In this document: one piece after another, positions 56,051 to 64,000 of the stretch | Numbering within the stretch: the first letter of the stretch is position 1 | Layout of the letters: each line of letters opens with the position of its first letter | Source: Epiperipatus broadwayi | Lineage: Eukaryota; Animalia; Onychophora | Assembly (NCBI GenBank): GCA_028023455.1 | Contig: JAQFVV010000002.1 | Coordinates: forward strand, 28,892,001 to 28,956,000 | Length of the DNA stretch: 64,000 bases | Direction: 5' to 3' | Made by a program: the position numbers and the translations under genes | The notes under the pieces: model-generated | Told to the model about the DNA's origin: nothing | The model's input: only the letters and a program-made list of their open reading frames with translations | Databases searched by the model: none

Positions 56051-59000
56051 TATAATAAAACGCATATTAAATTTTTTTTTTATAGAGAATATAACATAAC
56101 TTTAAAGTAGCCTTATAAATTTTGCGTCATAATTTTTTCCTGACGGCATGTAACTTCTCTTTTAAATTTTCATATAGCGTCCCATTTATTTTTCTTTGAG
56201 TTATAATACTAAGTTTCTGGTTGAGCATAAATAAAGTTGTATTAAGATAATTTCCCAATATTTTTCCTTCGGTAATAAATTTAAGTATTTTCCCTTGTAC
56301 TTCCATCTCTATTATTTCCTGGTAAGATAACTTTTAAAATTAGCAATCCATATCGATACAGTCAAAATATATTATATGTTACAGAAGAACTTTTAAATAA
56401 ATACAAAATTTTAAATTTATATTACTTTTCTAGCTACGGTGTTATAAGCTAAAAAATAGGTTACTTTCTCTTTCACTTACACATTCCTTCTCCCGCTCTG
56501 TATAATTCCTATATTTTTGTCTGCTAATTTACCTCCATTGATTGGTTAATAACTTTATTTTAGCGCGAACAAATTTATCCATTTTAGTTTTATAACAGAA
56601 TAGACGTTTAAAATAAAGAATTGATGACGTAATGTCTCAAATATTATTTAGACTAGTATTTTTAAATTCAATTTTACTTTTATAAAAATTATTTAAACTT
56701 TAAAATAATTATTAAAACAATATTTAATATTTTAGCTTTTACTTTAATGATCGATGGCAATTATATCTAGTTTCAAATTCACAAACTTTTATTATTATTT
56801 TAACAAGCGTGTGTGTGAAGGTATATAATATACGGTCACGTGTTTACTAACTTTATCAAATGATTTTTTATTTACGTCTCGGTCTAAATTACCAAAACTA
56901 ATATATTTTTATGAAAAATTTGGAAAATAATTTTAAAAATGTAGAACTAAATATAATTCTCACCATCCCAAGGTTTATAATAAAATATACTCTATTAATT
57001 TTGATTATTAAATACATTTATAACACTACATCTAGCATTTATTTAATTTATTAGTTTTAAAATATTATATTCAAATTATTAATATACTTTTAACTATCTA
57101 TAGCTGTATTATTTTATATGGCCAGCTTTTACAACCATAAGCAAGAATATCATTAAGCTTTATTTAACTGTTTTCTTTTAAAATAATTTATTACACTGTT
57201 ATATACCAGGTATTTTCAGCTTTAAATTGTACTATAAAATTTAATTATCCTATTATTATTTATATATCATACAAACATAACTTAAAATTTAAAATTTTTT
57301 AGTAACTGACCTATCTACCTTATTATGACCTACAGACAAGGGCACAATATATATATATATATATTACCTGGTCCCTCCAAATAATTTCTGTTGTCAAGTA
57401 TTTAACAACTATTTTTTATTATTTTATTCTTTACTTTTCTAAACTTTAATAAGTTTTATCTCACATTTTATATCTTAAATATCTTAACTTTATATATTTT
57501 GACTTTAACTATTATTATTATCATTTAAGTTATTAAACCTTTGTTTTGTTACTCTTAATATATAACTTCTTAGTAATTATTATTTATATCTCTAATACTA
57601 CAGGAACAGGCTGTCATCTCAAGCAGAGAGGAGAATACCATTGATAGCATAGCCATCAACAATACCCACAGTCAGCTCAGGCTATATAAAGCATAATTCA
57701 CCCCACTTTCTGACTGTAGCCCACCTCAACTGCTGGAAGAAAACCCTGCCATCCAAACCATTTTATTTGTTTTGAGATTCAAACTCAGGTGCCAGCTGAT
57801 TATATGTTATATAGTCAGAATTCTTGGATGCCCAACATACCAACCAATGCTTGAAATATTCCAAGCTAGCTCATACTCTGTATCAGGGGTCAAGCACATT
57901 TATTTAACACATAAAAATAAATATACTCTTAAATTAATGGAGACACAGTGACAAGAGAGAGAAAGTAGATCAAATAACAAGCAAACATTATTTATTTATG
58001 CACACACATATATTTAACAGAATATCACAATAAATTTTACATAAGAAAATATAAATGATTACTTTCAGACTAATTTAGTCCTTCATAAGTGTCTAGATTT
58101 ATTTAAAAGTATATTTACCCATGTTTTCATTTGCGTGTATTTTCCATTGGTCTTGATTCCAACCAACTGGCTTTTTGTTTCTCCATTGATGGCTTCATGG
58201 CTTTTACTCCAAAATTCTATCAAACAATAGGGGAGAGATAGGGAGTATGTGGCAGCATCTATTTACAATCTAGTCATTTGATACAGGCAGTGGTTCCAGG
58301 CAAGGACAGTTGATTTGTTTTGCTGAAGACTATGCCCAATTGAACATCCTATTGCTGTCTAGCAATGCATGTTGTTAACTCTGTGGCCTCTGCATTCTTT
58401 AGAAGGAATCCAAATGGATCCTAATGAATTTGAATTGAACCTGAACTGAACTCAGATTGAACTGAAGAACAATAGCCAAGATGTAACTTTTATACTTTTT
58501 TTCTTCATTGTTCTTTCCTTGTCATAGTTTTAATTTTTTATCACACTTAATAAATCTACTTTTTAAATTAAATTTTACATTTTTCCTTTAATTTAATTGA
58601 TTTTTATATTTTTCCTTAATCTAATCTTTTTCTAGAATAATCTATTGTCTCTCACTTTTAAACCAAAGAGATAGTTTACATAGTTTTCAATTATAACAAT
58701 TATTGGTTTTGATTTTATTATCAGTCAGAAGTCTTACTTGCATTTTAAATTAATTAATTAATCTTTTCATTTTCCATTTTTCACTAACATTTATTTTTTT
58801 AATTTATAAAAATTAGTTTTCTTTAAATCTTTTTTTTTCCTAATTCTTTTCCTCACCTGTTTTAAATAAAGTTTTATTCTATTTAAAAAGCACAATATAC
58901 ACAATCCTTTATTTTTAAAACTGTTTTAAAATCAGTTCCTTATTAATTATTACTTTTTGACTATTCTCATTTATTTGATTTTTTTTGTAGTAAATCTGGT

Positions 59001-61589
59001 CATATATTTTAAAATTTTTAAAACATGTAATGCAGATATATGTAAGTTTTATAACATGTATCTTGCTAGGGTTACATCACACATTCCCTTGTTTGAGCAG
59101 TAAACTGCATCAATTTGAACACTTTAGCTCACCTTTTATTATTTTTACTGTTTGATTTTCATTTTTATTTATCTATTTATTTACTATTTGTTCTAATATA
59201 TGTATCGAAATGCATACAGACCAACAAAACACAGAGGGCGACATTTCCTACCCTGCACTATCTCCCAGGCCATACTGTATGTTGACGGTCAACAATTATG
59301 TCAAATGTGATGGTACGGTGTACAACATGCATTTTCCAATGTACAAAGAAGCTGAATACCACAAATGGCAGAATACATCTGTTGATACATGACTTAGGCA
59401 CTACTACATGCTCATAAAAAATTAAAGGGTCATACAAGCAAACATATGTCTTCTTAGGTACTGTGATTTCTACCCTGACCATATACAAAAGTATTTTCAT
59501 GAGAATTTTGATTCTTTTCATCTTGTAAATTTATACTTTGATCAAATTTTATCCTGGCAGAAAAAATTGGAAATTTAATTACATTGAACTGGAAATATGA
59601 TATTCAATGAGAGAGTTCCATAAATAAAAATTTCCAATTATGATTGCAGTGTTCCTTCATCTCGTGATTTAATTATATGTCTGTGAAAAAGTGACTCCTG
59701 AGTTCCTGCCTCCTTTCCCAGTGATGTTTGGTCATGTTAGTCTTCTTTTAGATGATGAAGTGAGTGAAAGAAATACTGATGAAAAATTTGAGGGGTCGCA
59801 AAATTCCTAAAATTTAAAAAAATTGTTATTTGATCTACAAATAAAGTAGATATTCTGTATTCTATTCTTTGGCATTAATGAAGAAAAATTACAAAAATAT
59901 ATTTTTAAATTTTTAATTTTAACTTGTAATTGAATTGAATTCATGAAAGCATGAATTAAGTCCTAGATATTGAAACAGTAAGATTCGTATTCGAATCTTA
60001 AGTTTCAACTTTTTCTATCGTCTCTCACTTATCACTCTATTCTACCCAAATGTAAACTTTTTTGGTATTGAATTGTGTGTGTAGCAATATTAAAAATGTA
60101 TAAATATATGTAAAATCCACTGTAAACACACACACATTGCAATGACAAAATTTAAAGCAATAAATAAAAATAAATGATGTAATTTGTATTTCTCTTTTAG
60201 TTATTTAAAAATATATAATTTTAAGAATTTATTTTAAATTATAAAGTTCGTTATTTATTGCTGAGTTTAAATTTCATATTTAATAATAATTTTAGAAATC
60301 TGATTATAAGTTAAGTAAAAGTAAAAACAATTATATATTCCCTTTTGTCTTTGAAATTTTAAAAGTAATGGTCAGTGAGAGATAATAGATTAATTAAAAA
60401 GAAAAATTCCCTAAAATATTTAATTACAAAATGTAAATGTAAAAATAAATCTAAACAATAGAAATGCAGCTTTCTATAAATTAAACTTACAAGAATGTAT
60501 TGATTATCCTCGGGGCAAATGAGTGGATCTAAAAATAAAATATAACAAAAGTGAAAAGATAAGATCAAGAAAGGAGGACATTTTGAACTTTCTAAGAACT
60601 TTCAGTTAAACTTTAGCTGTGCTCTTGATCAGTTGAGTCTCCAAAAGTCATAAATTTACCTACCACAGTATGGTCGAGGAGAAAGCGCCAAGACTATTCT
60701 CCTTCCGGATATGGTCTATCGTATGCCATGAGTCTTCACATATGCACTCCACAAAATCAACCAAGAAGATCTACTGCCCCAAACAACTGGAAAGCTGCTG
60801 CTGCTGCTGTTAAAATCAATGAATAATATAAATGCTGGAAAGAACTACTTCTGAAATCATGAACAATTTGCTACTGAATACTGAATCTGAAAACTTCTCA
60901 TAAAACAGGTACCTGTATCCAAGCTCTAGAGTACTCTTAATTTATAGTCACATTATAGCTCATTCTCTATATAACTTGTAAACTATAATTTGTAAAACTA
61001 TGAATTTAATTATTAATTCCTTATGTAAATTTCTTTACTAATCTAGCTTGTCTAATTCTATCTTTTCTTGGGTATGTATTTTTAATTTTACATTTTATTA
61101 TCTAATTATAGCATGCTCATAAGATTTCCGACCGGACTTCGCCAAATTTAAATATAGATTTTAATCAAAATGGTTGCTATCTTGTCTAGCAACCTATTAA
61201 TGTACTTCATTATATACTTCTGTTGGCTGGTAAGCTCGGAAATCTCCATAATTTTTTAAATACAAATCCATGATTGCTTGAAACAGTGGATGCGTGTCCT
61301 GCAAATCCTTATTAATATTTCTTTCTATAAATTACTTAATATTTTCATATAAATCGACACACATTCAATGCTTCATTGATTGTAATGCAGGGGTCTACTA
61401 CTTAGCAAATGGCTGACATATTAGTTATTAATACTCACCCAACTTACCTATTGTTTTATATTTTATTAAGTTTTTAAGTAATAATTCCGTAAATCACATT
61501 TCTTTGAGAGTCAAAACATTCTTTATTAAATGTTGATGATGTAGGGCTGAGTTATAAAATATATTTAAATCTTAACAGAATAGTCTGTA

Positions 61590-62140
61590 GATTATACATG
61601 TGTTATGTTTTGGAGATGCGATGACCTATTATAAGCCTTGAATATTTCGGATTCTATAGGGTTGAAATTAACCCCAGTTGTCCTACACAAGTGGACAAAT
61701 AAATGTTCCCATAGGACTTGATGACTGTCACACAGCCAGGAAGTAATCGTGGCATGAACCCCTTGCTCCTGGTTATGCTTATATGACACCTTATCTCTTT
61801 GGGCCTACGGCAAATGCCAGCCCATTCTTATAAACTCATTCATGGCTTCACAGTTTTAATATACTGCCATCTCCATATCATCTTTCTAGATGTACCACGT
61901 GTTTTTTCTTATTAGCTTTATTATTCAATGTATAACTCCGTATCTGCATTAGTGACATAACTCACTCTCAAATAAATGTCTGTCCATAGTAATTAATAAA
62001 TATCTTATGTAATTAAATAAATATATGTCTTCCATTATTATGATAAATCCTCATTTAGATTCTTACACTGCAAAGATATAAATCCTGAAGGCATGCTCGT
62101 GAAATACTTGCTCGAGAATTTAGGTAGCTAGATGACATCA
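61590..62140 (-). pseudogene. Possible Gypsy RNase H end / integrase zinc-binding remnant
   Basis: YVADVI*LP resembles VADALSRLP; YKNGL; LCDSH...EIFKAYNRS.HLQ. Confidence 0.4.
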
Positions 62141-62149
62141 GCCACATAA

Positions 62150-62345
62150 ATGTATCTTTTTATAAAATATAACAGTATCGGAAATACCGCTACTGAGATA
62201 TTAAATGTAACAAAATATTATTGGTTAAATGATTTCGTATCAAATATTTTAAATATAAAAATATATATCTTTGTAAAGTATAACAGTATCGGAAATACTG
62301 TTACTGAGATTTTAAATATAATAAAATATTATTAATTAGATGATT
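62150..62345. repeat. ~111-bp tandem duplication (two copies)
   Basis: tataacagtatcggaaatac..tactgagat at 62171 and 62282. Confidence 0.9.
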
Positions 62346-64000
62346 TAATATAATGTTTTAAATAAATAATTTCAAACTATATGTCTGCCATTCCATCTTT
62401 ATTTATTCGATACCCATTCAATATAATATTTCCTTGATTCTGTAAAATATAAATGTTTAATATTAATGTTATTATTGATAACTCGAAATAAAATTCTTGA
62501 TTCTCTTGCATCTCCCTGACCCCCATGCCTAGAGAAATGTTTACTAGTGTAGCATCAGATGTGTTGTTTCGTAGATTGTATTGTGGAACCGGTAAACTAT
62601 GTTCAAACTCAGTACTACTGGTGGCTTCGCTACCTAGATGGTGCTGCAGTTCTGTGTGGTGGTCAAATTCTGCACTATGTCAACGAATCACACGTTTCTG
62701 ACCGTTACAATATCACAATTCATCTGGTTAACCATATGCAAAAGGATTTTCATTTAAATATTGCTTTTCATTCTGCAAATTTATATTTTCAATCAAATAT
62801 TGTTAGCTTAGTAGACAAAAATAGGAAAATTATTTATTAAATTGGTTAAAACTGAAAATACAAATTCAGCATATTACATATTATAATTTTCAGTGTTAAC
62901 TTGAATTTCATTCCAGTGCTCCATCTATGTTTTAAGAATACATTTTGCACCCCATCTCTTGCCTCCAGTCCAAAGTTTAAAGAAATTATTAATTAGAATA
63001 AACTGGAAATATATAAGGAAAAAAATAATTGCTTTACCTAATATAATTTTTTGTTTCATTGCTAGATAGGTAAAAAACAAAATGTATGACCACAAACAAA
63101 TTATTCTTTATAGAGATAAATGACATAGTTAAAATATAATTGTGGAGTCCCATAGGACTTGTTGGGTGCCAAAACTTGCAGAGTCAAGTCTTTGGGTTTT
63201 TTCCCCCAGTATGGAAGATTTGTAAAAACGAACCCATAATATGGCATAATATTTTAGTGCCAAATATGCATGATATGATGCAGTAATGACTTGATTTTAT
63301 GGAAAAGACAGTTCCAATTGTAAGTCCAAAGGTCACATATTTGGAGTTTTTAATTTTCTATTGTGATTTAAATCTTTTCCATAATTGGAATCTCTAAATA
63401 AACTACCAGGATAATCTCATATTACATCAATTAGTGAAATGAAACAGAAGAGTCATTATAATATGTAAAAACAGTTGAGGAAAGAGATGTATTACTTACA
63501 ATGTTAACAATATGGAGACTCTAAACAAATTACCATTATGGTAATGGGAAGATCTAGTGATTATATATCAAGCATTATGCTTGGAAACAGACATAGACTG
63601 TTATATATCATTAACTTCATATAACACAATATTCATAAGGTTTACACAGAGGCAAAATTCTCCATATAGTAGCACCACTCAGTGCGTACGAGAATAATCA
63701 ATGTTGATCATGTGATGTTTAGTGGTTTAATTCATAAGGTTCTTATAATGAGTAATCAGTCACTATGTATTTACATAGAAAACTTGCATGCTTCAGCTAG
63801 TGTGAAGATTATTACAATATTTACAAAATTACATATGAATACTTTATGTTACAGTGAAAAGGTAACTGGTTTACTCTCTAGGCTTCCTGCAGTGACATTT
63901 CTGAAACAATCCATGTATTATATAGTAATAAAGTTAGCTATTCACACCAAGATTTTTCAAATGTTAACATATCTAGATTATGGGTTATGTTATAAAATGT

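Larger units (their letters stand above)
59400..64000. repeat. Segment S' (duplicate of 14575-16440, with ~2.85 kb extra sequence at 59962-62815)
   Basis: See segment S. Confidence 0.85.

Noticed and set aside
57600-58500. Solo LTR or SINE-like GC-richer island (similar islands at 25680-26080 and 29880-30290)
   Set aside because: No second copy, termini or TSD could be shown within the window.
59200-59400. piggyBac cysteine-rich domain remnant
   Set aside because: Only a loose RHF...C..YH resemblance that needs several frameshifts; no TTAA-flanked TIRs found.
60669-60825. Exon-like open frame WSRRKRQDYSPSGYGLSYAM with a furin-like site
   Set aside because: No start codon, partner exon or recognisable homology; it lies next to probable Gypsy remnants and could be LTR sequence.

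Overview
Very AT-rich, CpG-depleted, repeat-dominated eukaryotic DNA, most consistent with an invertebrate/arthropod-type genome (inference). I found no intact host protein-coding gene, rRNA, CRISPR array or functional tRNA. (1) 815-14560 is a layered transposon nest. An old RTE-type LINE is split by Ty3/Gypsy element A (975-12631, minus). A is split by a related, internally deleted element B (4484-9527, perfect GTTTG TSD). B carries a 1.85-kb insert with a 14-bp TSD, and A also carries a MITE and an RTE 3' fragment. (2) 19.5-48 kb is a tandem array of four ~4.2-4.8-kb units, with a fifth partial copy at 1-2200. Each of the four units carries a ~300-bp fold-back hairpin, a decayed RTE endonuclease and a conserved ATG plus splice-donor/acceptor pair. 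The array is interrupted by a 6-kb unique insert and by a near full-length LINE (PHD + SGNH-esterase ORF1; APE-RT ORF2) with a cluster of CTCF-like motifs upstream. (3) Palindromes of the same hairpin family flank the array (18.9-19.4 kb and 49.9-51.2 kb). (4) 14.6-16.4 kb is duplicated collinearly at 59.4-64 kb. There are also tRNA-Gly-derived SINEs, several MITE-like inverted repeats and long microsatellites. All alignments and translations were done by eye; most boundaries are approximate (tens of bp) unless a TSD is given.
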